A stretch of 64,000 bases of DNA from contig JAISXP010000088.1 in the NCBI GenBank assembly GCA_031270465.1, forward strand, positions 667 through 64,666, in the 5' to 3' direction. Position 1 is the first letter of the stretch. Every line of letters begins with the position of its first letter. The notes beneath the pieces are model-generated. The model was not told where the DNA came from, did not search any database, and was given only the letters and a program-made list of their open reading frames with translations. Origin of the DNA: Tannerella sp. (GTDB lineage: Bacteria > Bacteroidota > Bacteroidia > Bacteroidales > Tannerellaceae). A program made the translations under genes and the position numbers. This document shows, in pieces, positions 48,701 to 56,911 of this stretch.

Positions 48701-48975
48701 TAACATCACTCAATGATAATGCAGGAACGATTATGACTTCTACTTATTGGATCCGGAATGCATCTTTTTTACGCGCAAAAAATATTCAAATTGGATATTC
48801 ACTACCTCAAAGTATGCTGGAGAAGATTAAATTAAGCCAATTCAGGGTATTTTTCAGTGGACAAAACTTATTCTGTATTAATTCTTCTTATCCGGGTTGG
48901 GATCCTGAAATCAGTTCAGGAAACTTTTATCCGGTCACCGCGACTTACACTTTTGGGCTTAATATCAAATTTTAA
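45712..48975 (+). CDS. SusC/RagA family TonB-linked outer-membrane transporter with N-terminal STN signalling domain
   Basis: STN domain (VSLNIQQALLKDVLEEIERQTDYLFISN...VNVIITK), CarboxypepD_reg domain (ISGTVVDEKNEPVIGANVLEKG...GYFSL), plug (VVVVGYGTQKK...IRIRG) and a C-terminal ...YTFGLNIKF. Confidence 0.92.
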   Translation: MKLTICFWLLFSGLVFAGNANSQNARVSLNIQQALLKDVLEEIERQTDYLFISNTEVNLERKVSVRVKNMPVREVLDRLFKNTDLSYEVEGVNVIITKRDALPETIVAPQQTGKRISGTVVDEKNEPVIGANVLEKGVATNGTVTDVNGYFSLTVADNAVLQVSFIGYITQEIPVKKQLNFTVTLAEDLQKLEEVVVVGYGTQKKVNLTGSVSSVNSDLLDSRPITQASQALSGLAAGVTVRQSSSRPGSDGSTIRIRGLGTFSSAGSSPLVLIDGMDASFDDIDPANIKSISVLKDAASASIYGTRAANGVILVETKKGQQGKIQISYNNYFGWQKVSELPDFVDSWEYAVLRNEANKNQGRGITYTEEEIELFRSGSDPDNHPNVPHLKNLLTSNSGFQTNHNVSFTGGNDKIQYLFSTGYLYQDGVVTKNYYDRYNFQLNIDNQLLSNLKIHTNIGGYASDRHEPRHGDGDMTNMINFAVREGPQFAGKKLDGTFGYQDNYSPEAWLDSESFMRYRKNQFMGSAELEWEILSGLSVSGKAGYKHYNRLQKDFVAKVEFDEYKTYAPNKLYIDNEFINLVQLQALAHYNKAFGYHKLGVLLGVSQEEYKQEWYKAYRQNFPNNSLYELDAGSKDGMSNEGSGQEYGLRSFLGRINYSYKERYLAEINARYDGTSRFPKNNRWGLFPSVSLGWRISEESFIQDNAAWIDNLKLRASWGQLGNQNIGYYPYQSVLSNQNYTFGGTVASGLATVNYVNRDISWETTTITDIGIDFSFMDGLWDITMDYFVKKTSDILYGVASSAVLGLSTSESNSADVSNKGFEVMASYSPRIGGFKLCITPNFSYVKNEVTNLGGGITADYGNNLFVGQPINAIYGYVADGLFVDQADIDSYASQPYSAERGFVRYKDLDGDGVTDAGNDRKVLGSTMPKYTYGLTLSADYRNFDAVIILQGLGGHKQRLGSYQGYAFYNSGQIQAWQADNRWTEENPDRNAAYPKLTSLNDNAGTIMTSTYWIRNASFLRAKNIQIGYSLPQSMLEKIKLSQFRVFFSGQNLFCINSSYPGWDPEISSGNFYPVTATYTFGLNIKF

Positions 48976-48995
48976 TTATCTTAAAAGGAATTTTT

Positions 48996-50621
48996 ATGAA
49001 TACAACAATAAAAAAAACAGTGAACATTATATCATTTATAATTGTTTTAGTACTCCCATTACAAGGATGTTCGGATCTCTTTGACAAAAATCCGTTGAGT
49101 CAACCTTCCGACGGAACCTTCTGGAATAATGAAAACGATGCTTATATGGCATTAGTCGGTTGTTATAATATCGGAGGAGAATGGAGATCTCAATGTTTCT
49201 GGAATCCAGACGGTGTGATTTATCTGGACTTGATGGCAGGAAACGGTTCCGAAAAAGAGTCGAGAACCGATGATGTTACGAATGGAAATTTAAATTCAAA
49301 TAATTGGGTAACAGCCAGCTATTATAATCAGGCATACGAAAAAATTGCTCGTTGCAATAATTTTCTGGAACATATTGACGAAGTAGACATGGATGCCGAA
49401 AAAAAAGCCGAGTTTGCCAGCGAAATCCGCACACTTCGAGCTTATACCTATTTGAATCTGGCATTATATTTCGGAGATGTTCCCCTGACTACCAAAAACC
49501 TGACATTGGAAGAAGCAAATACGATTGTACGTACGCCTCGTAGTCAGGTCTGGGATTTTGCTGCGGCAGAATTGGAAGAAGCTGCAGTTGGTTTGCCTTG
49601 GACGCGCAGTAATACCGAAAATGGACGTATTACTGCAGGAACAGCGCTATCTTCTTTAGGAAGAATACAATTAGCTCAAAAAGACTGGGTTGCTGCCGCT
49701 GCTACCTATAAAAGGATCATTGATTCTAAAGCGCATATCATAGAAATGGTGCCGTTTGTAGAATTATTCTATTCTTCTAATGAGCTTAGCAGGGAGTTTA
49801 TTTACGCGACCCAATATACAGCGGATACTTACGCACATGTATTCACTGTATATGTTTTTCCGGAGAAATGGGGAGGATGGCATCAATATTCACCCTATAA
49901 TGAGTTTGTAAAAGATTTTCTATGTATAGATGGCCTTCCCATAAAAGAATCGCCTCTGTATAATAAGGATTTTCCGTATGAAAATCGAGATCCGAGACTT
50001 CTTCAAACAGTCATGATTGATGGCTATACTGAATTTAGAGGTGACACTTATGTTTCTTATCCGGGATCCGGCGCTCCGGATGACGTAACGAAATATATAC
50101 AGTGGAGCGGTTATTCCATCCGGAAGTTTATGGATCCGGAAATGAATGCCGACTTGTATAATTCAGGGAATAATTTTAGCTTAATCCGTTATGCGGAAGT
50201 ATTATTGAGTTATTTAGAAGCAAAGTTGGAAGCTGGGGATATGATAGACCAGGAATTATTGAATCTTACGATCAATCCGATTCGCCAGCGAGCCGGTATG
50301 CCGGGTGTGACGGAAACGGATCGGGACAAACTCCGGGAAATTGTGCGTCGTGAACGTCGAATAGAACTGGCATTTGAAGGCGTACGTTATTTTGATGTGT
50401 TGCGATGGGATATCATTGCGGACGAACTGGAAAACCGTCAGTTTACGGGTATGAAAGTGGCAACCAGTCCTTCTACAAATACAACAAATTATGAGGTAGA
50501 TGATGAAGGTTATATCCTTTATAAGAAAACGAACTTTAAAAGAGGTATAAATGAGTTATGGCCTATTCCTCTTTCTGAGATAGAAATTAATCCGAATATG
50601 AGGCAAAATAATGGATATTAA
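48996..50621 (+). CDS. RagB/SusD family nutrient-uptake outer-membrane lipoprotein
   Basis: Lipoprotein signal (LPLQGCSD), and RAYTYLNLALYFGDVPL...ERRIELAFEGVRYFDVLRW. Confidence 0.92.
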   Translation: MNTTIKKTVNIISFIIVLVLPLQGCSDLFDKNPLSQPSDGTFWNNENDAYMALVGCYNIGGEWRSQCFWNPDGVIYLDLMAGNGSEKESRTDDVTNGNLNSNNWVTASYYNQAYEKIARCNNFLEHIDEVDMDAEKKAEFASEIRTLRAYTYLNLALYFGDVPLTTKNLTLEEANTIVRTPRSQVWDFAAAELEEAAVGLPWTRSNTENGRITAGTALSSLGRIQLAQKDWVAAAATYKRIIDSKAHIIEMVPFVELFYSSNELSREFIYATQYTADTYAHVFTVYVFPEKWGGWHQYSPYNEFVKDFLCIDGLPIKESPLYNKDFPYENRDPRLLQTVMIDGYTEFRGDTYVSYPGSGAPDDVTKYIQWSGYSIRKFMDPEMNADLYNSGNNFSLIRYAEVLLSYLEAKLEAGDMIDQELLNLTINPIRQRAGMPGVTETDRDKLREIVRRERRIELAFEGVRYFDVLRWDIIADELENRQFTGMKVATSPSTNTTNYEVDDEGYILYKKTNFKRGINELWPIPLSEIEINPNMRQNNGY

Positions 50622-50955
50622 AAATGAAAGAAAGGCTGAAATAATATAAAAGAGGGTGTGGTCGGAAGTATTTTCGTCTGATGGCAATCCGGCCAATTCC
50701 CTGCTGTATCGGAATCCAGCCTGTAAAAGCAAGTCTCCCAGCTTGCATATCCTGCAAATCGGGGACTTTGCTTTTTAAGGAAAGAATTTGAATATAATGT
50801 AGCATTTTTTCTGTACGTTCGAGACGGTTGTCATTCGGTTACAAAGGACGCAGAGGATTTAACCTGCCACAATAAACGGACACGACCGCCCCTCAACCAA
50901 ATCTTGAAGAAGTGCAGTATGAAATTAAGAATTGAAAACTAAAAACACAACAAAC

Positions 50956-51678
50956 ATGTTTTACGTAAGAATCAACAAAATCAAAGTCTTCAACAACCGC
51001 GAAGGCTTTCTGGGGCTCTTCAACCGAGCAGAAATGCGCATTTACGGCCATGTCGCCGGCTATTCTATCGGGGCAGTCCCCTCTGTCCCACCTATCCCTC
51101 CGCTGACTCCGGCAGACCTGATCGACCTGGACGACAACGCCCGCAGGCAAAAACTGCTGGACGCCGTCCTATCCGAAGCCGGCCGGTTTACCCAGAGCCA
51201 CAGCCTCGAAATCAACGGCATAAAAGACAATCAAACCCTGATTTTCGACGAAGCGGGGCTGGTGCTCTATCAAAGCGAAACGATCCCCGACAATCTGCAT
51301 TTGCAGGTATGGGTCATCGAATCGGACGAAGACGTGCGGAAATTTGCTTTGGATGCCGAAAAGGTAATGCAGAGCGACGCTTTTAAGGGACTTGTCGCCT
51401 CCGTAGGCGCCGTTTTAGCCGAGACGAATCCGCTGCTGACCAGCGCCATTGGTGTGGGCGGCGTAGCGGTCAGTCTGCTGCGTCAGAAACTGAAAGCCAA
51501 CCGCGACGACCTTGTCGGCTACTGGCAAGCGACACTTAACCGTGCAGAACACTATCCGCACGGTACGCGCGACCGGCAGGACGTGTACGACAGCACCGGC
51601 AACATACAGCTGGATTACACACTGTTCGGATTCGACAAAACCGTCGCTCCGGACAGTGAATCAATCATTAACAATTAA
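50956..51678 (+). CDS. Hypothetical protein (no recognisable domain)
   Basis: 240 aa from the ATG at 50956 (MFYVRINKIKVFNNREGFLG...). The track start at 50932 is a TTG. Composition is host-like and GC-rich, and the frame is long and uninterrupted. Confidence 0.55.
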   Translation: MFYVRINKIKVFNNREGFLGLFNRAEMRIYGHVAGYSIGAVPSVPPIPPLTPADLIDLDDNARRQKLLDAVLSEAGRFTQSHSLEINGIKDNQTLIFDEAGLVLYQSETIPDNLHLQVWVIESDEDVRKFALDAEKVMQSDAFKGLVASVGAVLAETNPLLTSAIGVGGVAVSLLRQKLKANRDDLVGYWQATLNRAEHYPHGTRDRQDVYDSTGNIQLDYTLFGFDKTVAPDSESIINN

Positions 51679-51690
51679 CCATTATTTCTC

Positions 51691-51905
51691 ATGGATTATT
51701 TTTTGACAGACAACCATTTGACCCCTGATCCCGACGATCAGACGGCGATTCCGACGAACATCCTTTCGTACACTGACGAATCGTCATGCTGCCTTCGCTG
51801 CCTTCCGGCACGTATACGCTGGAAGTCCGCACTCATTACACCAGCAATTCCAAACCCGGGAAGCAACTCCGCAAGGCACAGTTTGCAAAGCCGCTGAACA
51901 TATAA
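51691..51905 (+). pseudogene. Internally deleted, frameshifted relic of a DUF4469-type gene
   Basis: Frame 1 reads MDYFLTDNHLTPDPDDQTA.... Frame 2 (51786..51905) reads MLPSLPSGTYTLEVRTHYTSNSKPGKQLRKAQFAKPLNI*. These match my recollection of the N- and C-terminal ends of ~250-aa Bacteroides DUF4469 proteins. The middle is missing. Confidence 0.5.
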
Positions 51906-51989
51906 TGACTGCGACGGGTGAAAAGTGTTGCCAGCTCGCCATCTCCGGTGAGACCGGCACACTTCACGGGCGATCATCCCGGAGCCGGC

Positions 51990-52104
51990 GGCAGTGCGCC
52001 ACTAATGTTGATGGCAGTGCGCCACTAACGTTAATGGCAGTGCACCACCAATATTGATGGCTGTGTACCACTAACGTTGATGGCAGTGTGCCGCCAACGT
52101 TGAC
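51990..52104. repeat. Five tandem 23-bp units
   Basis: Units start at 51990, 52013, 52036, 52059 and 52082. The first unit is GGCAGTGCGCCACTAATGTTGAT, and later units diverge progressively. Confidence 0.9.
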
Positions 52105-52240
52105 GACAATATCCGCCGCTGCCGCAAGCGATACCCGGGTTAATTCTTTTTTATGAGATGTTATTGTTTTTGAGCCTGTATCCTGTCCGGGAAACAGCCC
52201 CTCCCGTCAACCTGTTATTCAGTCATTCGAAAAAAATGCT

Positions 52241-52248
52241 TAACTTTG
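52241..52248 (+). promoter_or_regulatory. Bacteroidetes-type -7 promoter box (TAnnTTTG)
   Basis: TAACTTTG ends 6 nt before the ATG at 52255, which implies a leaderless or near-leaderless mRNA. Confidence 0.45.
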
Positions 52249-52254
52249 CGCACG

Positions 52255-53505
52255 ATGACAACAGGACAAACACAACAATTTGAAGTGATGGCGCCGGCGG
52301 GATCGTACGAATCGCTGATGGCAGCCATTCAGGGAGGTGCCGATTCCGTCTATTTCGGCATCGAAGGGCTGAACATGCGCGCCCGCTCATCCAATAATTT
52401 CACGACGGATGACTTGCGCCGGATCGTATCCATCTGTCGCGAGCACGAAACAAAAAGCTACCTGACAGTAAATACGGTGATTTATGACAAAGACATTCCC
52501 CTGATGCAAAAGATCATCGATGCCGCAAAGGAAACGGGCGTTTCCGCCATCATTGCGGCCGATGTGGCGGCAATGAGCTATGCAAACCACATCGGGCAGG
52601 AAGTACATCTCTCTACCCAGTTGAACATTTCGAATCTGGAAGCGCTGAAATTTTACGCCCGCTTTGCCACCGTGGTGGTGCTGGCGCGCGAACTGAATCT
52701 GGAACAGGTGCAGGTCATACACAAGGCCATCCGGGAACAGCAGATCAAAGGCCCCGACGGCCGGCTGATACGCATCGAAATGTTTTGTCACGGTGCACTC
52801 TGCATGGCGATCTCGGGCAAATGTTATCTGAGTCTGCACGAAATGAACGCTTCCGCCAACCGTGGCAACTGCATGCAGATTTGCAGGCGGGGCTTCACTG
52901 TGAAAGACCGGGAAACGGACATCGAAATGGAAGTAGACAACGAATACATCATGTCGCCCAAAGACTTGAAAACCGTTCATTTCATCAACAAAATGGCAGA
53001 TGCGGGCGTCCGTGTCTTCAAGATCGAAGGACGTGCCCGCGGGCCGGAATACGTGCGCATCGTCACGGCATGTTACAAAGAAGCCCTCCAGGCCTGGCGC
53101 GACGGCGTCTTCAACGACGACAGGATCAAAGCCTGGGACGAACGCCTGCGTACCGTCTTCAACCGCGGTTTCTGGGACGGCTACTATCTGGGGCAGCGTC
53201 TGGGAGAATGGAGCAGTCGCTACGGCTCGCAGGCAACCCGGCAGAAAGAATACGTCGCCCGCGGCATCGGCTATTTCGGACAAATCGGCGTGGCGGAATT
53301 CGAAATGGAATCCGGAGAGTTAAACGCGGGCGACGAAATACTGATAACAGGACCAACAACCGGAGCTTTTTTCATGACGGCAGACGATATCAGGGTCGAC
53401 CTCAAACCTGTCTCCCGCACAGGAAAGGGCGAACGCTTCTCCATTAAAACGCCCGAAAAGATACGTACATCCGACAGAATGTATAAATTTGCACCAAAAA
53501 ACTGA
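52255..53505 (+). CDS. Peptidase U32 family protein
   Basis: FEVMAPAGSYESLMAAIQGGADSVYFG...CHGALCMAISGKCYLS...E.RARG. The start is taken at the ATG at 52255. Confidence 0.85.
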   Translation: MTTGQTQQFEVMAPAGSYESLMAAIQGGADSVYFGIEGLNMRARSSNNFTTDDLRRIVSICREHETKSYLTVNTVIYDKDIPLMQKIIDAAKETGVSAIIAADVAAMSYANHIGQEVHLSTQLNISNLEALKFYARFATVVVLARELNLEQVQVIHKAIREQQIKGPDGRLIRIEMFCHGALCMAISGKCYLSLHEMNASANRGNCMQICRRGFTVKDRETDIEMEVDNEYIMSPKDLKTVHFINKMADAGVRVFKIEGRARGPEYVRIVTACYKEALQAWRDGVFNDDRIKAWDERLRTVFNRGFWDGYYLGQRLGEWSSRYGSQATRQKEYVARGIGYFGQIGVAEFEMESGELNAGDEILITGPTTGAFFMTADDIRVDLKPVSRTGKGERFSIKTPEKIRTSDRMYKFAPKN

Positions 53506-53512
53506 CCGGACA

Positions 53513-53905
53513 ATGAAAGAATACCGTTTCTACATGGACTTAAAGGTGCGAGATTACGAATGTGACTTGCAGGGAGTGGTAAACAATTCCAACTATCAGC
53601 GATATATGGAACATACGCGCCACGAATTTCTGGAATCGCTGGGCGAAAACTTCGGCGCGATGCACGAAAGAGGCATTGATGCGTTTGTATCGCGCGTAGA
53701 CATCCGGTTCAGGACGCCGTTGCGCAGCGGCAACCGTTTCCGTTCATGCCTGAACACGCGGAAAGACGGCCCCAAATTAGTATTCGAACAGGATATTTTC
53801 CGTCTCCCCGACATGACGCTGGCTGCCTCGGGGCGAATCGAATCGGTGGTCGTCGAAAACGGCAGACTGACGCGCGGCGAATATTTCGATAACATGCTCA
53901 CGTAG
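53513..53905 (+). CDS. Acyl-CoA thioesterase (4HBT / YbgC-like hotdog fold)
   Basis: VRDYECDLQGVVNNSNYQRYMEHTRHEFL. The start is at the ATG at 53513. Confidence 0.8.
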   Translation: MKEYRFYMDLKVRDYECDLQGVVNNSNYQRYMEHTRHEFLESLGENFGAMHERGIDAFVSRVDIRFRTPLRSGNRFRSCLNTRKDGPKLVFEQDIFRLPDMTLAASGRIESVVVENGRLTRGEYFDNMLT

Positions 53906-53917
53906 GACGTAAGACAA

Positions 53918-55042
53918 ATGGCCGAAGATAAACGCATATACCTGATAGGACTGACACAGTTGAAAGGCATCGGCGACATGCTTGCCCGCCAGTTGCTGCA
54001 TTATTTCGACAACGAAGCGCAGGAAGTTTTCGCCGCAAAGAAACAGACGCTCGAAAAAATACCCGGTATAGGCGCTGTCAAGGCGGAAGCCATCATGCAG
54101 TCGAAAGCGGAAGCGCTACGGAACGCCGCGAAAGAACTCGCTTTCGTGGAAAAAAAGAAACTCCGCCTGTTTTCGATTACGGACGAAGACTATCCTGTCC
54201 GTCTGTGCGAATGTCTGGATGCTCCGGTTGTGTTTTACTATACGGGCAGCGCCGATTTGAATGTGCAGCGTGTGCTGAGCATCGTCGGGACGCGCAGCGC
54301 TACCGATTACGGCGAAAAACTGACGGGACTGCTGCTGAAAGAACTGTCGGAAATGTTTTCCGGACTGCTTGTTGTCAGCGGCCTGGCGTACGGCATCGAC
54401 ATCTGTGCGCATCGGAGCGCCGTGAAATTCGGATTGCCGACCGTGGGCGTGCTGGCGCACGGTCTGGACAGACTTTATCCCTCTTCGCACCGCAAGACGG
54501 CCATCGAAATGCTTGAACAGGGCGGAGGCCTGCTGACGGATTTTGTCAGCGGAACAGTTCCCGGCCGCGAGAATTTCCTGCAGCGCAACCGTCTGATTGC
54601 AGGACTGTCGGATGCGACCATCGTCGTCGAATCGGCCGAAAAGGGCGGAGCGCTGGTTACGGCCGACATCGCGCTCTCGTACGGACGGGAGGTTTACACT
54701 TTCCCCGGACGAGTCTCCGACCGCTATTCGGAAGGATGTAACCGGCTGATACATACAAATAAGGCCGGACTGATAACCTCCGCCCGTGACCTCGTGGAAG
54801 CGCTTAACTGGGATTTGAAAGGACGGAAACAGGCTTCGCAACAGCCCTGCCTCGCGTTTGCAAATGAACTGCCACGGTCGCCCGTGCTGGATGTGATTGC
54901 CGAAAAGAAACAGATTCAAATCAATGAACTGTCTCTGCTGCTGGATATTCCCGTACATCAACTGTCGCCCGTGCTGTTCGAACTGGAACTTGCGGGATAC
55001 ATCCGGGCCATTCCCGGAGGCGCTTACAGACTGAATTTTTAA
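53918..55042 (+). CDS. dprA: DNA-processing protein DprA
   Basis: VGTRSATDYG...SGLAYGIDICAHR...QRNRLIAGLSDATIVVESAEKGGAL. Confidence 0.9.
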   Translation: MAEDKRIYLIGLTQLKGIGDMLARQLLHYFDNEAQEVFAAKKQTLEKIPGIGAVKAEAIMQSKAEALRNAAKELAFVEKKKLRLFSITDEDYPVRLCECLDAPVVFYYTGSADLNVQRVLSIVGTRSATDYGEKLTGLLLKELSEMFSGLLVVSGLAYGIDICAHRSAVKFGLPTVGVLAHGLDRLYPSSHRKTAIEMLEQGGGLLTDFVSGTVPGRENFLQRNRLIAGLSDATIVVESAEKGGALVTADIALSYGREVYTFPGRVSDRYSEGCNRLIHTNKAGLITSARDLVEALNWDLKGRKQASQQPCLAFANELPRSPVLDVIAEKKQIQINELSLLLDIPVHQLSPVLFELELAGYIRAIPGGAYRLNF

Positions 55043-55073
55043 AATCGGTTTTGTGAATATTTACGGATAATGC

Positions 55074-55081
55074 TAACTTTG
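55074..55081 (+). promoter_or_regulatory. Bacteroidetes-type -7 promoter box (TAnnTTTG)
   Basis: TAACTTTG, 47 nt upstream of the ATG at 55129. Confidence 0.5.
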
Positions 55082-55128
55082 CCCCCGGAATTTATCAGAT
55101 AAAAATAAAAACAACAAAAACGCCCGGT

Positions 55129-56790
55129 ATGAAAATCAATCTGCGAATAAGAGAGCGGAAACTGCAACTGTTTTTCCTCGCATACATATTAATGCTTGTC
55201 CCGACGATCAGCCTCGTCGCCCAGAACATTCCGGCCGGCGCCGTAATACCGGGCATATTTGCAAGCATCGGACTGTCTGCCGTGATTTTTATTCTTACGA
55301 CATTCATGGCCACGAAGTGTTTGCGCATCTTCTATTTCGTGCTGCTGGCCGTCACGCTGATTCCCGGCGCAGTTTTGCTTGGCTATTTGCTGTTTGCCAA
55401 AGTACTGCTTTCCGAAGGTTCGCTGATGACTCTGTTCGAAACAAACGCCGACGAGTCAAAAGAGTTTATCGTCCACTACATGAATCCGTGGATTACCCTG
55501 GGAATGGCGCTGTATATTCTTGTTCCGGCGGTATTCATTTTCAGGATGAAGAACAAGGCGCGTCCCGGCATAAGAGAACATAAGAAGACATTTACCGCGA
55601 GCCTTCTGCTTCTTTTTCTGTTTCTGGCAGTCGAGCCGGTTGCTCAACACATATATTTTGTTGACTTCTATCGCATTTTCGCCGATTATAAAATACGTAT
55701 GGCCACGGAGGAGAAGGCCATCGATTCGCGGCAGAAGCAGCCGTTCGATGTTGTCCTGTCCGAAGACGAAGCGCCACAGACGCTCGTCGTGGTGATAGGC
55801 GAATCGTTAACGCGCCATCACATGTCGCTGTACGGATACGGACGCGATACCAGCCCGTTGCTGACAGCGCGTAAACAGTCGCTGACGGTGTATCGGGATG
55901 TCGTTTCGCCACAGGCACATACAATACCCGTGATGCGTTCCATCCTGACTTTTGCCGACGAAATGCATCCCGAATATCTGACTGCCCGTCCGTCGCTGTT
56001 CGAACTGTTCAATCGCGCGGGATACGAAACATGCCTGATAAGCAACCAGCCGCTTGGCGAAAGCGGTTCAAGCTACGAGCCGTTTTTGCGACTGGCAAGC
56101 CGCACAACAGACCTGTCCGGGACGGACGAGCCGGACGGCGTGCTGCTGGAAACACTCGAACAGGCACTGAAAAGCGACAGACGCAAACTGATAGTCATTC
56201 ATCTGATGGGTAGCCATACGGTATACAAATTTCGTTATCCCCCGTCGTTCAATCGTTTCAATCATCTCGTCCAGCCGCTTCCCGGACAGAAAGACCGGTT
56301 GACGACAAACGCGCTGGAAACAATCGATCAATATGACAATTCCGTATTGTACAACGATTTTGTCATCGCCGGCATAATAGATCTGATGGAGCGGAAAAGC
56401 GAACCGTCGGCAATGATATATTTTTCCGACCACGGTGAAGAAGTGTTCGACTTCCGCAATTTTACGGGACATGCTTTCGAAAAAATATCCGTCTACATGT
56501 GCGAAGTACCGTTTATCGTCTGGATCTCCGACGAGTTCGGCAGGAAACGCAAAGATTTGATTTACGAAGAAGAACGTCCTTTCTCCACAACAGACGCGCT
56601 CCACAGCCTGGCCAACATGGCAGGGCTGAATTTCGAAGGGTACGACGCAAGCCGGAGCCTGTTTTCGCCTCACTTTGTCCCTCACAAGCGAAACGTAGGC
56701 GATTTGACATACGACGACGTAAAAATACGGACGGCGGAAGAAAAAATAAAAGAAAGCGCCAGCCGTGCGCGGGAGGAACAGGGGCTTTGA
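55129..56790 (+). CDS. Phosphoethanolamine transferase-like membrane sulfatase-family protein
   Basis: About five N-terminal TM segments followed by a sulfatase domain (LVVVIGESLTRHHMSLYGYGRDTSP...IHLMGSH..Y). Confidence 0.75.
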   Translation: MKINLRIRERKLQLFFLAYILMLVPTISLVAQNIPAGAVIPGIFASIGLSAVIFILTTFMATKCLRIFYFVLLAVTLIPGAVLLGYLLFAKVLLSEGSLMTLFETNADESKEFIVHYMNPWITLGMALYILVPAVFIFRMKNKARPGIREHKKTFTASLLLLFLFLAVEPVAQHIYFVDFYRIFADYKIRMATEEKAIDSRQKQPFDVVLSEDEAPQTLVVVIGESLTRHHMSLYGYGRDTSPLLTARKQSLTVYRDVVSPQAHTIPVMRSILTFADEMHPEYLTARPSLFELFNRAGYETCLISNQPLGESGSSYEPFLRLASRTTDLSGTDEPDGVLLETLEQALKSDRRKLIVIHLMGSHTVYKFRYPPSFNRFNHLVQPLPGQKDRLTTNALETIDQYDNSVLYNDFVIAGIIDLMERKSEPSAMIYFSDHGEEVFDFRNFTGHAFEKISVYMCEVPFIVWISDEFGRKRKDLIYEEERPFSTTDALHSLANMAGLNFEGYDASRSLFSPHFVPHKRNVGDLTYDDVKIRTAEEKIKESASRAREEQGL

Positions 56791-56911
56791 CACAATTATG
56801 CCTGCAAATTTCGCATTTATGTAATTTTTAACACATAAATCATAGGGTTTTCGGCGCCCAAACAATCATGTATGTAAACGAAAGAATTATTCACCCATAA
56901 AAAAAACGACA

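Noticed and set aside
50587-50805. A 72-aa minus-strand ORF in the gap after SusD.
   Set aside because: No motif, it overlaps the SusD 3' end, and it lies in a compositional transition zone. It is probably non-coding.
51990-52104. Sigma-54 type -24/-12 promoter (TGGCA...) within the 23-bp repeats.
   Set aside because: The GG-N10-GC spacing is not satisfied; the bases at the -12 position are CT, not GC.
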